A stretch of DNA of 64,000 bases from a virus. A program made the position numbers and the translations under genes. Within the stretch, counting starts at the first letter, position 1, and every line of letters begins with the position of its first letter. The notes below the pieces were generated by a model that was not told where the DNA came from, made no database searches, and was given only the letters and a program-made list of their open reading frames with translations. Shown piece by piece: positions 34,458 to 44,909 of this stretch. The DNA is taken from positions 26,955 through 90,954 of IMG/VR virus record IMGVR_UViG_3300024518_000876. The stretch is one strand, 5' to 3'.

Positions 34458-35116
34458 TGAGTTATAAAAATTCTATAAAAGTACTATTGGGTACTACATT
34501 AAAGCAATTAAAAACGGCTAGGCTAACTGGGAATCTCTGTATGACAGAATTGTACTTATTAAATATAATTAATAAATTTATTTATGATTGTACGTCTTGT
34601 CCTATAGACTCTGAAATATTAAAGAAATTAAAAAAGTTAGCAAGAGATTTACAAAACAAAACTTCTTATATATGTAATATACGAAGTGCACCTGAAAATA
34701 ATATTTTCAAATATAAAAATAAAAACATTAATAATTTTTTTGGAGAAATGGCTACATTTAATATAAACACAGACGCAGAACAAAATTTACCTCCTAGTGA
34801 AGTAGGAGATGGACAGCGAACTACCCCATACAATACAGCAATAGTATTTACTAGAGCTGATTTTACTACTAACACTACTCCACCTTACGCAGATCCAGAA
34901 GGGGATGCAGCAGGTTTGTTAAAGATACTTGCGTTACCTTCTACAGGGGAACTTAGGTTAAATGGTGTATTAGTAGGCTTAAATCAAATTATAGGATTTG
35001 GAGACATTGACAATGGATTATTTACATTTGTACCTGCACCAAACTTGACTACTGCTCAAACCGGGCAATTCTCATTTGCTATTGCAGATACAGGGTCTAA
35101 TATATTTACATCATAA
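34457..35116 (+). CDS. Putative tail protein with cadherin/Ig-like C-terminal domain
   Basis: PPYADPEGD...LKILALPSTGELRLNG...FTFVP...FSFAIAD resembles Ig/cadherin-like repeats. Confidence 0.55.
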   Translation: MSYKNSIKVLLGTTLKQLKTARLTGNLCMTELYLLNIINKFIYDCTSCPIDSEILKKLKKLARDLQNKTSYICNIRSAPENNIFKYKNKNINNFFGEMATFNINTDAEQNLPPSEVGDGQRTTPYNTAIVFTRADFTTNTTPPYADPEGDAAGLLKILALPSTGELRLNGVLVGLNQIIGFGDIDNGLFTFVPAPNLTTAQTGQFSFAIADTGSNIFTS

Positions 35117-35418
35117 TGGCAAATTTTGACTTAACTATAGACGGTCCTACTTTACCTTCTGCACAAGAAGATTTTTATAGCATTCCTCCTAATACTACAA
35201 TCATATTTAATGTTTTAACAAATGATTTTTTAGGGCAGCAACCTACTTCTTTAAGTTTAGATGTACTACCTGCAGAAGGAACAGCTACTGTAATAAACGG
35301 AGACTCTATAGAATATGTGTGTAATCCAGGTTATACGGGTGGAGATAGTCTTTATTATAAAATAACTGATACGAACTTAGACTTTTCTGTAGCAAAAGTC
35401 AATATAACAATAGGATAA
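35116..35418 (+). CDS. Single Ig-like (Big_9 / cadherin-like) domain protein
   Basis: AQEDFY...FNVLTND...GTATV...IEYV.NPGYTGGDSLYY.ITD pattern. Confidence 0.65.
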   Translation: MANFDLTIDGPTLPSAQEDFYSIPPNTTIIFNVLTNDFLGQQPTSLSLDVLPAEGTATVINGDSIEYVCNPGYTGGDSLYYKITDTNLDFSVAKVNITIG

Positions 35419-35419
35419 T

Positions 35420-37534
35420 ATGGCAGCACCAATAGATTGCAATACACTTGCACAAGTAGCATTAGAGCTACAAATGAAATTTGAAAACTGTACTGCTCTG
35501 AATGCAGATGATTTAGATCTTTTAGTAGATTTAATTATGTCTGTAGGTGAATGTATAACTGCAGGACAATTTAATCAAAATAATATTTTAGAACAAGTTA
35601 ATTTAACTCCATACATAAATACAAATATTAAAACTGTTTCTGATAGAGTTAATGAATTACCTTTATTTACTATTAATGAAGATAGAATTTACTTTTTTAA
35701 TAATCAAGAAATAGATGATAGCTCTGTAGAAAGTGAAGTATTATACGCTTTTAAATTAGGTAAGGGTGTTTATGGAGTAGGTAGTCCTACAACTTTAACT
35801 GACTTAGATTTTATAAAACTATCTAGTGATGTACAAGGAGCATTAGCAACATTAATTACTAATATAGGATTTTCTGGGTTAGAAGTTTACAAAGGCTATA
35901 ATACTGTTACAGCTAAACACGAAATTAAAAGAATAACTAATCCACCTACAGGTGCATCTTTTTTATATAATAACCCGTTAGCACCTGATAACATCTCTCA
36001 AAGAGGATTAACTTCTACTGACTTAGATATAAATGAGTTAGATGGAATTGTACAGGTAGATACTTCTACAATAAATGAAAATGTAGGAGGTAAAGTTGAA
36101 GTTTACAAAGGGTACAGTAATAGTAATAAACATGAGTTTAGAACTTTAGAATCTACTGACAATAGTGTTGAAATAGTTAATGATTCTGACAAAATAGACT
36201 TTAAAGTTTACAACCCAGTAATTAACGTAGGGGCATTTAAAGTTTTAGACATAGGGGCAGGAAACGTAGGAGATACCTTTCAAGTAGCAGGTGATATAAC
36301 AGCAGCAGAAATCACTCTTGTTGAAAATAGTAATCAAACAGAAGTACTTGTTACTCTTAATAATCCAATGCTTAACTCTAATTATTTTGTAAGAGTACAT
36401 TTTCAATCACTAGATACAAGTACTACATCTGATAGTGAAAGATTTAGTTATAAACCTATAACAAGAGATCATACAACAAATGCTTTTAAAATAGGATTAG
36501 CAAAAGAAAACAGTGTAGTAGGTACACAAGAATATTTAGTAGTTGTAGAAGTAGTACAAGGCTTTTTTGTATTTGGTACTCCACCTGCACGATTTCAAAT
36601 AGCAGAAGGAGAATGTGATAATTTTGATCCAAACACAGTAGTATGGACAGATATATACACAGATGATGCACCTAACTTACAAAATGGAGATATAATATAC
36701 ACAGATGAGCTTGAAACAGTTCCTTTTGATGGACAAAACTTAAGTTATAGAATTAGACAAAATCCTAACGTAGGAAACCCTTTTATAATAGATGTAGAGT
36801 TTAGTGTAAGTAATTTAGGAGTAGTGACTTTACTAAGTAACTGTGGAGCACCTGCTGTACAATACCAAATTGCATCAGGTGACTGTAGTGATAACATTTT
36901 TTTACTTAATTGGTCAGACACTTATATCACAAGAAATGGGGTTCAATTAACTAACGAACTACCTGAAGTAGGAGATATTGCATATACAGACGCAAGTCTT
37001 ACTACACCTGTACCTAGTTATAGATTTTGTAGAATAAGAGTAGCTACAACTATTGTAGGAAACCCAATTCCTGTATTTTTAACATTTGCCTATCAATTTA
37101 ATACAGCTTTAGCAGGGGCAGGTGAAATAGCTCTTTCTACTGATTGTGGAACTATTACTCCACCAACAGGAACACTTGTTATAAACTCTAGTGTACCTGA
37201 TGGCAGTGGTAACGGTACTATAGATGTAGACTTTGGAGAACCTAATGAATTTTTAAATTTAAACTTTGGTCTTATATTTGATAATGTATTTAATTTTAAC
37301 GCTTTGTCAATAACTGGAGCAGGATTAATTCTTAGTGGAGCTTTAACAGAACAAAATAATACAGAGTCAGGAACAATACAGTTAGATTCAAATGGAGAAG
37401 CAACTTTAATTTACAATGGGCAACCTACTAATTTAAGTGGAGTAGGATGTAGTGTGCTTATAACTTCTAGAACTTCTACTCAACCTGTTCCTACAAATGG
37501 AGATCAACAGACAATAATAAACTTTAATAACTAA
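35420..37534 (+). CDS. Tail fibre / appendage protein with internal repeats
   Basis: 704 aa; EVYKGY...KHE twice and QIA.G.C...GDI.YTD twice; N-terminal module shared with the next gene. Confidence 0.6.
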   Translation: MAAPIDCNTLAQVALELQMKFENCTALNADDLDLLVDLIMSVGECITAGQFNQNNILEQVNLTPYINTNIKTVSDRVNELPLFTINEDRIYFFNNQEIDDSSVESEVLYAFKLGKGVYGVGSPTTLTDLDFIKLSSDVQGALATLITNIGFSGLEVYKGYNTVTAKHEIKRITNPPTGASFLYNNPLAPDNISQRGLTSTDLDINELDGIVQVDTSTINENVGGKVEVYKGYSNSNKHEFRTLESTDNSVEIVNDSDKIDFKVYNPVINVGAFKVLDIGAGNVGDTFQVAGDITAAEITLVENSNQTEVLVTLNNPMLNSNYFVRVHFQSLDTSTTSDSERFSYKPITRDHTTNAFKIGLAKENSVVGTQEYLVVVEVVQGFFVFGTPPARFQIAEGECDNFDPNTVVWTDIYTDDAPNLQNGDIIYTDELETVPFDGQNLSYRIRQNPNVGNPFIIDVEFSVSNLGVVTLLSNCGAPAVQYQIASGDCSDNIFLLNWSDTYITRNGVQLTNELPEVGDIAYTDASLTTPVPSYRFCRIRVATTIVGNPIPVFLTFAYQFNTALAGAGEIALSTDCGTITPPTGTLVINSSVPDGSGNGTIDVDFGEPNEFLNLNFGLIFDNVFNFNALSITGAGLILSGALTEQNNTESGTIQLDSNGEATLIYNGQPTNLSGVGCSVLITSRTSTQPVPTNGDQQTIINFNN

Positions 37535-37535
37535 T

Positions 37536-39842
37536 ATGTGTAATAATAATTGTAATGGAAATTGTAACTGTAATAATAGTTACAATTTTTCAAGTGCGTG
37601 TAACCCTTGTGCAAACGGGGGTACTACACCGCCAGATACTCCAAATCTTTTAGACTGTAATACATTAGAAGATACTATGGAAACTTTGAAACGTAAATTT
37701 AAATCTTGTGCAGTGCTAGAAGCTGCAGATTTAGACTTATTAGTAGATGTTATTTATTCTGTAAAAGAATGTCCAAATCAATCTGAAGAATTGTTAAATA
37801 ATATAGTTATTAACTTCTCATTACCAGATGTTACGGATGAGTTAGAAATAACTTCACAAATTAATATTTTACCTACTTTTGAAGTAGATGAAACTAATAT
37901 TGCTTTTTTTAATGTAAAAGTAGGAGATGTAGAGTCTGTGTATGTATTAAAACCTGGAAAAGGTATTTATGGCTTATCTGGAGATGTTTTATTATCTCCC
38001 GGAGATGTTTACAAAATATCGGGACAAGCTCAAGCAACTAACACTGTAGAAGGCACTTGGCAAGAATTAGAAGCCCTTAGAAGTAACAATGAACTTATCA
38101 TTGGTAATACGTACATTTTAACAGACTATCAAACTCAATATATTATTGAAGGTACTGATAGTGCGGATAAAGAAGATATACTAGAAGTAACAGGTACTGC
38201 GTCAGGGTATGCTAGGTTTGACTGTGTAGATGAAAGTATAATAAATAGTAATGGTGACACTGCTTTTGTTGAAGAACTTCCTGTAGGTTACACAGGACCA
38301 TTAGTTGTTGGAGATTTACTTACTGTAAACGCATATTTTAACTGTGCTTTTATTAGGTTTACCCCTAGTTTAACTACTACCGGTGTAAAAATAAAAGTTG
38401 TACAGGCTAGATACCCAAATGTACCTACTGATACTTTATTATTAGATGATTTTGGGAAACCAATATTAAAACCCGGAGGAGTACTAAATACAGATGTACA
38501 TGATGGTACGCCTTATTTAAAAATGAGTGCGGTAGATAACCCTATTGTTCCTACAGAAAGAATAGCTTTAAAGGCTATAAACTCAAATACTTTTTCTATA
38601 GATGCAGAGAGCCTTACTTATGTAGGGGACACTTTAAAATATGATTTTGAAGATATAAATTTAGAAGATGGTAATGGTAATTCAACAGGTCTTTTTAGGA
38701 GAGGGTTTATTAATAAAAGAACTAATTTAGAAGATACGGTTTCTGTAGATAAAGATTGGAGAGTACAAAGATACAGAAGATATAAAATAGATCAAGCTAA
38801 TTTTAATTTAATATCTCATCAGCAAAGTCAAAGTGGAGGTTCTGTTGCTTTATATAACTATAATAGCAATAATAGTTTTGCACCTGCGAACACAATAAAT
38901 GAAGAACATAAATATATAGCTAGATTTCCTTTTGAGTTAGGTTATTACATAGATTTTACAAAAATAAATGACAATCCATTTTTAAGTGGAGGTCCAGGTT
39001 TAAATCCTTCAACAGGACTTAATTTTCCTTCAGGAGCAAATGTTAAAGTAGATTTAGAAATACCTTTTGCAGACTTACAAGAATGTAAAGACTTTTTTAT
39101 ATTTCCAATAGAGAATAATGATAAGACATTACTTACTACTAAATTTAAAGTAGGTAACTTAGAGAATACAATTTTTAGATTAAACTCTCAAACTTTTGGT
39201 AATACTGAACCTATTTTTGTTGAAGTAGTTAAAAGACTTTCTAACTCTTCTATGATGTCAGGAACTAATGTAGTAGCAAGTATAAGTAATTTAGATAAAA
39301 TAATTACTTTAGATAGGTATTATGTTATCCATAATAGCTCTACAGATATGGTAGGGTTTACATCTTTTGCTTATGGGAGTATACAAAACAATGGTGTTAT
39401 TCAAGATGTTTTTATAGGGTCGGATGCAAACTCCAGTACGCCTTTAAATGTTTTTAACGAAACAAAAATTACTCAAGGAGCAGAATTATTTTATACGATG
39501 ATAGGGGGTAAAAGACCACAAAACTTTGAAATAAAAGCTAAGATGTCTCATTGTCTTATACGTATGGAAAATTCTTTATCAACTGTTATAGATGGTTTAA
39601 TGTTCTTGACTACTTTTGTTTCTAATAACGCAACTAATACGGTAAACTCAGGATATACGGTAACTTTAAATACTTACGCACAGCAAATACCTGGAAAAGG
39701 AGATAATGGATTTCAATATGTATTTAACTTACTTCCTAGCAATGCTTTTTTAAATAATGATAATTTTAATAAAGAAATTGTTTATAATAATGTAGATGCA
39801 AATCAAAACATAAGTTTAATAACAGAAGTAATACCAACATAA
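37536..39842 (+). CDS. Tail fibre / spike protein
   Basis: 768 aa; Cys/Asn-rich start; LIIGNTYILTDYQT and RGFINKRT segments; beta-helix-like C-terminus. Confidence 0.6.
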   Translation: MCNNNCNGNCNCNNSYNFSSACNPCANGGTTPPDTPNLLDCNTLEDTMETLKRKFKSCAVLEAADLDLLVDVIYSVKECPNQSEELLNNIVINFSLPDVTDELEITSQINILPTFEVDETNIAFFNVKVGDVESVYVLKPGKGIYGLSGDVLLSPGDVYKISGQAQATNTVEGTWQELEALRSNNELIIGNTYILTDYQTQYIIEGTDSADKEDILEVTGTASGYARFDCVDESIINSNGDTAFVEELPVGYTGPLVVGDLLTVNAYFNCAFIRFTPSLTTTGVKIKVVQARYPNVPTDTLLLDDFGKPILKPGGVLNTDVHDGTPYLKMSAVDNPIVPTERIALKAINSNTFSIDAESLTYVGDTLKYDFEDINLEDGNGNSTGLFRRGFINKRTNLEDTVSVDKDWRVQRYRRYKIDQANFNLISHQQSQSGGSVALYNYNSNNSFAPANTINEEHKYIARFPFELGYYIDFTKINDNPFLSGGPGLNPSTGLNFPSGANVKVDLEIPFADLQECKDFFIFPIENNDKTLLTTKFKVGNLENTIFRLNSQTFGNTEPIFVEVVKRLSNSSMMSGTNVVASISNLDKIITLDRYYVIHNSSTDMVGFTSFAYGSIQNNGVIQDVFIGSDANSSTPLNVFNETKITQGAELFYTMIGGKRPQNFEIKAKMSHCLIRMENSLSTVIDGLMFLTTFVSNNATNTVNSGYTVTLNTYAQQIPGKGDNGFQYVFNLLPSNAFLNNDNFNKEIVYNNVDANQNISLITEVIPT

Positions 39843-39843
39843 T

Positions 39844-40512
39844 ATGGCACTAGAAAAATTATACAATGTAACGTATCAAGGCAATCTAGCAGACTTACCA
39901 GCTACTCTTCCAGGAGGGAGTCTTTTTATAGCTAAAGATACTAAAGATGCGTATGGATATGATGAAAATAACTTACCTTTTTTAATAAATGATGAAGAAT
40001 GTAATTGTCAAAATGAAATAGATGATTTATCTGCACAAATTTCTGAAGGGTTTAACGCTACGAATCAATCAATAGCAATCTTACAACAAGATTATTCACA
40101 GACTAAGAATAGAGCTGCAGGAATAAGAGAAGCTAATGGGAACTTTAGACAACCTATGTTTACTAGGGGGGACCAGTCTTATGGGGTTGAGTATGCTTTT
40201 GGTGGAGATGTTTTTACTAGGAGGTATGAAATTACACTTACAGGTACACAAGTTCAAACTATTACAGAACCTTTTAACTTTACTTTTACTAATATACTAG
40301 AAGTAAAGGTACCTAAAATTTTAGATGCTGGAGGAGTTTCAGTTTACGACTCTATATTAAGTTTTGAAAGAGCACTTGGAATTGCTGCAAAAGTTAAAAT
40401 TACTTTGTCAGTGTTAACTCAAAAAGCACCAGGAATAGTAATTAATAGTGATGGAGTTAGTAACTATAGTGGAGAAAAGTTATATGTAGATGTCTTCTAT
40501 ACTAAACCATAA
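39844..40512 (+). CDS. Putative tail-associated protein
   Basis: 222 aa with a short coiled coil; tail operon context. Confidence 0.5.
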   Translation: MALEKLYNVTYQGNLADLPATLPGGSLFIAKDTKDAYGYDENNLPFLINDEECNCQNEIDDLSAQISEGFNATNQSIAILQQDYSQTKNRAAGIREANGNFRQPMFTRGDQSYGVEYAFGGDVFTRRYEITLTGTQVQTITEPFNFTFTNILEVKVPKILDAGGVSVYDSILSFERALGIAAKVKITLSVLTQKAPGIVINSDGVSNYSGEKLYVDVFYTKP

Positions 40513-40876
40513 AGATAAGTTTGTTAAATTTTACTTATCTTACCATAATGTAGATATTAATAAACTTAAAGGAGATGTCTTGTATTTAGGTATGGGAACT
40601 GCATATTGTGCAAGACATCAACCTAATTTAGTTACTAGTACTACATTTGTAGAATTAGATAAAGAAGTTATAAAAGCTTCACATAAAAATAAAGATTGGG
40701 TAGTACATAATGAAGATATATATAGATTTAAAACAGATAAAAAGTTTGATTATATATTTATAAATATATTTTATCAGTGGACCCCTAAAGAAGAGTTACA
40801 AGAGTTAATAAACAAGTACAGTAGTAATCTAAAAACTAAAGGAGAGTTTCTGTACCTCAATAAATTATTTAATTAA
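40490..40876 (+). CDS. Small class I SAM-dependent methyltransferase-like protein
   Basis: VLYLGMGTAY (motif I), FVELDKEVI (motif II), EDIYRF and KFDYIFINI. Confidence 0.65.
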   Translation: MSSILNHKDKFVKFYLSYHNVDINKLKGDVLYLGMGTAYCARHQPNLVTSTTFVELDKEVIKASHKNKDWVVHNEDIYRFKTDKKFDYIFINIFYQWTPKEELQELINKYSSNLKTKGEFLYLNKLFN

Positions 40877-40878
40877 TT

Positions 40879-41316
40879 ATGGCAAAAATAATAAGTACAA
40901 AAAAATTAAAGTATGATGCTAGAGACACTAGTAAAGAAGGAATTATTGAATTAGAAGTAGTAGGCTTTAAATATCTATTAAATAATCAATACTTAGTAAC
41001 TATTAGAGACACAGTAATTACAGAAGAGATTATAACTATTCCTGCGCAACCTTCTTTAAGTGGGATACCAGGTGAACCGGATATACCTAGTTATACTGAG
41101 ACTAAAGAAGTACGTACTGCAATAAAATTAAGAGATAAGCTTTATAACAAATTAGAAATAGATCAGTTATTTAGTTCACTCAATAAAAGTATAGAACAAA
41201 ATGATTCTTTTACTGAAAAGTTTGAACTGTTAATAAAAGAGTCTATATTAGTAATCACACAACTAGATCCAATATACGGAAGTACTTCTTCTGATTGGGA
41301 AATTAAAAATATATAA
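40879..41316 (+). CDS. Hypothetical protein
   Basis: 145-aa ORF in the tail operon. Confidence 0.6.
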   Translation: MAKIISTKKLKYDARDTSKEGIIELEVVGFKYLLNNQYLVTIRDTVITEEIITIPAQPSLSGIPGEPDIPSYTETKEVRTAIKLRDKLYNKLEIDQLFSSLNKSIEQNDSFTEKFELLIKESILVITQLDPIYGSTSSDWEIKNI

Positions 41317-41318
41317 AT

Positions 41319-42173
41319 ATGTATACAATAGTAGCATCTTCTTCTGGTAAAGGTTTTGTATTAAATAATGCAGCTCCACGAAGTAAAAGTGACCAATATG
41401 AGATAATAAAACAAGGTAATAAATTAGGAATAAGAGAATTAGTGTCTAATGAGTTCTTAGCATCTCCTTTACTGTTTTCAGAATGGAATAATGGAGCTTT
41501 TGCAGATATACAAGCGGCTTTAGATGCACTAGAATCTTTAATATTTCCAGATCCTTCAGGTGGCGGTGGAAGTGGAGGAGATGCTTCGGCTGCTAATCAG
41601 TTAACTCAAATTGCAGAATTACAAGAATTAGTCACATTAATGACTGATTTATATGCAGAGCAGAGAGTTGATTTTGAATTAAAAGCAGTAGAGGATAGTA
41701 ATGGAGACGTATTTTTATTAAGAATTACATTTAATGAGTTAACTGGTACTTATGGCATTGACTACATAGATGCACAAGGTAATCCTGCTACACCTGTAGG
41801 AACTACTAGTTTTTTAAATCCTAATGCTATTTTAGTAACTTTAAATGATAATATTTTACAACTAACAGATGTAGTGGATTTATTAACTGGAAGTTTGTAC
41901 ACTAGTGGTTCAGTACTTAGTACTAATGATACTTTTACTAGAGTACAAGATAAAATAGTAGATTTAACATCTCTAAATGAGTTTAAAGAAATTACTTTAA
42001 TATTTCATGGGGCAGGTGGAGTCTATAATGGTATTAATGTATATGATGGTAGAGTTTACACTTTTAAAGTAGAAAATGGTTTTATATTAAATAATGATAT
42101 AGTTACTATTCCTACAACTACAAGTCCAGTAACAGGTTTACTTGGAATAGAAATAATGTATTTAGGAAAATAA
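41319..42173 (+). CDS. Putative structural protein
   Basis: 284 aa with a GGGGSGGDASAANQ linker. Confidence 0.5.
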   Translation: MYTIVASSSGKGFVLNNAAPRSKSDQYEIIKQGNKLGIRELVSNEFLASPLLFSEWNNGAFADIQAALDALESLIFPDPSGGGGSGGDASAANQLTQIAELQELVTLMTDLYAEQRVDFELKAVEDSNGDVFLLRITFNELTGTYGIDYIDAQGNPATPVGTTSFLNPNAILVTLNDNILQLTDVVDLLTGSLYTSGSVLSTNDTFTRVQDKIVDLTSLNEFKEITLIFHGAGGVYNGINVYDGRVYTFKVENGFILNNDIVTIPTTTSPVTGLLGIEIMYLGK

Positions 42174-42177
42174 TATT

Positions 42178-43932
42178 ATGAATAGATTTTTAAGAATATT
42201 TACTGACGCTCTTTCTGTATTTTTTAACAATACAGGAAGTAGCTTTAGTACTAATAATATACAAGACGTTATAACTGAAATAGATACTATATTACAAAGT
42301 AAGGCAGATGTAGGTAGTAATGTTAGTGATTTTAATAATGATGCAGGTTATATAACACTAGCAGATGTCCCTTCAAGTAATGACGTACAATCAATTACTG
42401 GGGACGGAGTAGATAACACAGATCCACAAAATCCTATATTATCTTTTCCTAATGCGGATCAAGTAGATGACAGTTCAACAGTTAAAAAGTTTATAACACA
42501 AGCTGAATTAAATTTAATTGTTACTAATACTAATAACATAGTACAAAATACTACTGATATTCAAGATGCAGAAGTTATTATAACTCAAAATACTAATGAT
42601 ATATTAAATAATTCTTCTGATATTCAAGATTTGCAATCTAATAAAGGAGACATGTTTAAAGCCATATATGATACTAATGATGAAGGTATTGTAGATAAAG
42701 CACAAAGTATAGTTTATAAGGCTCAACTTAATCAAGCAGTAGTAAAAGGTAATCTTGTTTACGCAATAGATAGGAATCTTGCGACTGGTAATCCAATAGT
42801 AGGGTTAGCAGATAATACCGTAAGTTTTGCAGATAAAACTGTAGGAATGGCTGTAACAAATGGAGTACCAGGGCAAGTAATTGAAATACTTAAAAATGGA
42901 GTTATTGAAAGTATAGATACTTCTTTATTCGCGGTAGGTGAAACTGTATTTTTATCAACTTTTGGAACATTTGATCAAATAAGTAATATAACTAGTGGCT
43001 CATTTACACCTATAGGGTTTGTAATAAAGAGTAATTTTACTAACGGAAGTTTAATTGTAGACACTAGTGCAACAGAAAGTATAAATACAAACAACACTCT
43101 TAACGAGTCTACTGTTACAGGTAGGACAGTTACAGATGCATTAGATAATTTAAACTCTAGTCCAAATGGAGTACAGTCTGTTACAGGAGATGGTGTAAAT
43201 AATGTTGACCCATTAAATCCGGTATTAACTTTTCCAGATGCAGATGAAGTAGATGATACTACTACTGTTAATAAATTTGTTAGTTTAGCTGAAAGACAGT
43301 TAATACAGACTAACGCAACCACTATTAACTCAAATACTTCTAGGATTAGTACGTTAGAACAGGAGGTATTAGATTTAGACGCAAATAAGGTAGAAAGTGT
43401 AACAGGTACTAGAGTAGATAATTCAGACCCTTTAAATCCTATTATTAATTTACCAAAATATGTATCTTTACAGGCAGGTTTAACTAGACCTGGGCAAAGT
43501 ACAATACCTTTAGCAAATCAACAAGCTAATACGTACGAAGAGTATTTAAAATTAGATTATCCTTGTACTATTACAGATAATTATTTTATATCTATAGCTT
43601 TTCAATGGTCTTCAAATGTAAGTAATACCAATACCTTATTTAGATTAGCATTAACAGATGGCACAGTGACTCAGTTTCAAGAAGTTAGAATTGAATCAAA
43701 AGATACTGGAGGTACAGGTGAAGTAGTGAATGTTATTGAGAATGGATTAATAGTAGGAAATGTTAACACAGGTACAGATATACGAGAACAAGAATATTTC
43801 CCTGTAGATGTGATATTAGACGCAGGAAAAATATACTCAGTATCACTAGAGTTTGCTCACGAAAGTACAGGGTCAGAGGTTACAGTGTACAGTGCCACAA
43901 TACGATTAGAACAAAAAACACAAAACCCATAA
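42178..43932 (+). CDS. Tail-fibre-like protein with three VQS(V/I)TG..VDN.DP.NP repeats
   Basis: 584 aa with a coiled coil and repeats read directly from the translation. Confidence 0.6.
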   Translation: MNRFLRIFTDALSVFFNNTGSSFSTNNIQDVITEIDTILQSKADVGSNVSDFNNDAGYITLADVPSSNDVQSITGDGVDNTDPQNPILSFPNADQVDDSSTVKKFITQAELNLIVTNTNNIVQNTTDIQDAEVIITQNTNDILNNSSDIQDLQSNKGDMFKAIYDTNDEGIVDKAQSIVYKAQLNQAVVKGNLVYAIDRNLATGNPIVGLADNTVSFADKTVGMAVTNGVPGQVIEILKNGVIESIDTSLFAVGETVFLSTFGTFDQISNITSGSFTPIGFVIKSNFTNGSLIVDTSATESINTNNTLNESTVTGRTVTDALDNLNSSPNGVQSVTGDGVNNVDPLNPVLTFPDADEVDDTTTVNKFVSLAERQLIQTNATTINSNTSRISTLEQEVLDLDANKVESVTGTRVDNSDPLNPIINLPKYVSLQAGLTRPGQSTIPLANQQANTYEEYLKLDYPCTITDNYFISIAFQWSSNVSNTNTLFRLALTDGTVTQFQEVRIESKDTGGTGEVVNVIENGLIVGNVNTGTDIREQEYFPVDVILDAGKIYSVSLEFAHESTGSEVTVYSATIRLEQKTQNP

Positions 43933-43934
43933 AT

Positions 43935-44387
43935 ATGAAAATTTTTAGATATAAAAAGTATGACTTTGAAAGAGGTTTACTACCATTAGGGTACGAAAAT
44001 AAACCAAAAGAAGTATACGCATTAGAAGCACCAGATGATGATTATGAATTAGTAACTGATCAAACTTATTTAGATAATTTTGTAGCAGAAAAGTATGAAA
44101 TAAATGAATCAGAGGGCAGGAAATATAAAAATTTACTTAGTGCAAAAATTAGTAACTTAACGTCTATGGGAATTATAAGTGTAACAGAAGCAGAAACTTA
44201 CGGAAAACTTACTGCAAAAGTTAGAGCTTTTTTAACAGAAGGGTATTGGCATAGCGCGTACTATGAACACATTAAAATAATACCAGACTTTACTTTAGAG
44301 GCATTACATTTAGAAATAAAGACTTATATAAAAGAATATGTAAACGCTAAATACCCTTCACAATTTAATATAAGTGATGGAAGCTAG
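43935..44387 (+). CDS. Hypothetical protein
   Basis: 150-aa ORF after the fibre gene. Confidence 0.55.
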   Translation: MKIFRYKKYDFERGLLPLGYENKPKEVYALEAPDDDYELVTDQTYLDNFVAEKYEINESEGRKYKNLLSAKISNLTSMGIISVTEAETYGKLTAKVRAFLTEGYWHSAYYEHIKIIPDFTLEALHLEIKTYIKEYVNAKYPSQFNISDGS

Positions 44388-44604
44388 TGATTTAAAAGTT
44401 GAATTTGCTAAATTAATTATGAAACATGGTGCAGCACTAACTTTAGCCGTAGCCATAATTATACTATTACAAGTAAAAGAAGCAAACCAAGATAAGATAT
44501 ATTTAGATACAATCCATTTACTTCGTGAAGATAAAGAAAGGCTTCACAATGAGAATAAAGAATTACAAGAAAAATTAATAGATAGTTATAAACATAAAAA
44601 TTAA
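44374..44604 (+). CDS. Small TM plus coiled-coil protein (lysis-cassette candidate)
   Basis: AALTLAVAIIILL TM segment then heptads. Confidence 0.5.
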   Translation: MMEASDLKVEFAKLIMKHGAALTLAVAIIILLQVKEANQDKIYLDTIHLLREDKERLHNENKELQEKLIDSYKHKN

Positions 44605-44612
44605 TTATAAGA

Positions 44613-44909
44613 ATGAATACATTAAATGATTTTATTTCATTGGGGTCTTTAGCCACCATAATTGGAGTTTTAATAAAAGGGTATAATTTTACACAAAAAC
44701 AAGCTAGAGAGGATGAGTCTATAAAAAACAGATTAGCAAATTTAGAACTTATGAAGACAGAGTTAAAAGAGGATTTGAAAGATTTTAAATTAAAGTATGA
44801 TTCAGAAAATAGGTTAATATTTGATAAAATGGATAAAAACTCAGAAGCTATAAATAATAAAATTGATGAGTTAAAAGATTTATTATTTAACCTAGTAAAA
44901 GATAAGTAA
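44613..44909 (+). CDS. Small TM plus coiled-coil protein (holin-like candidate)
   Basis: ISLGSLATIIGVLI TM segment then heptads. Confidence 0.5.
   Translation: MNTLNDFISLGSLATIIGVLIKGYNFTQKQAREDESIKNRLANLELMKTELKEDLKDFKLKYDSENRLIFDKMDKNSEAINNKIDELKDLLFNLVKDK

Noticed and set aside
35420-43932. Diversity-generating retroelement acting on tail fibres
   Set aside because: No reverse transcriptase and no adenine-specific template/variable repeat pair was seen; the repeats are ordinary protein repeats
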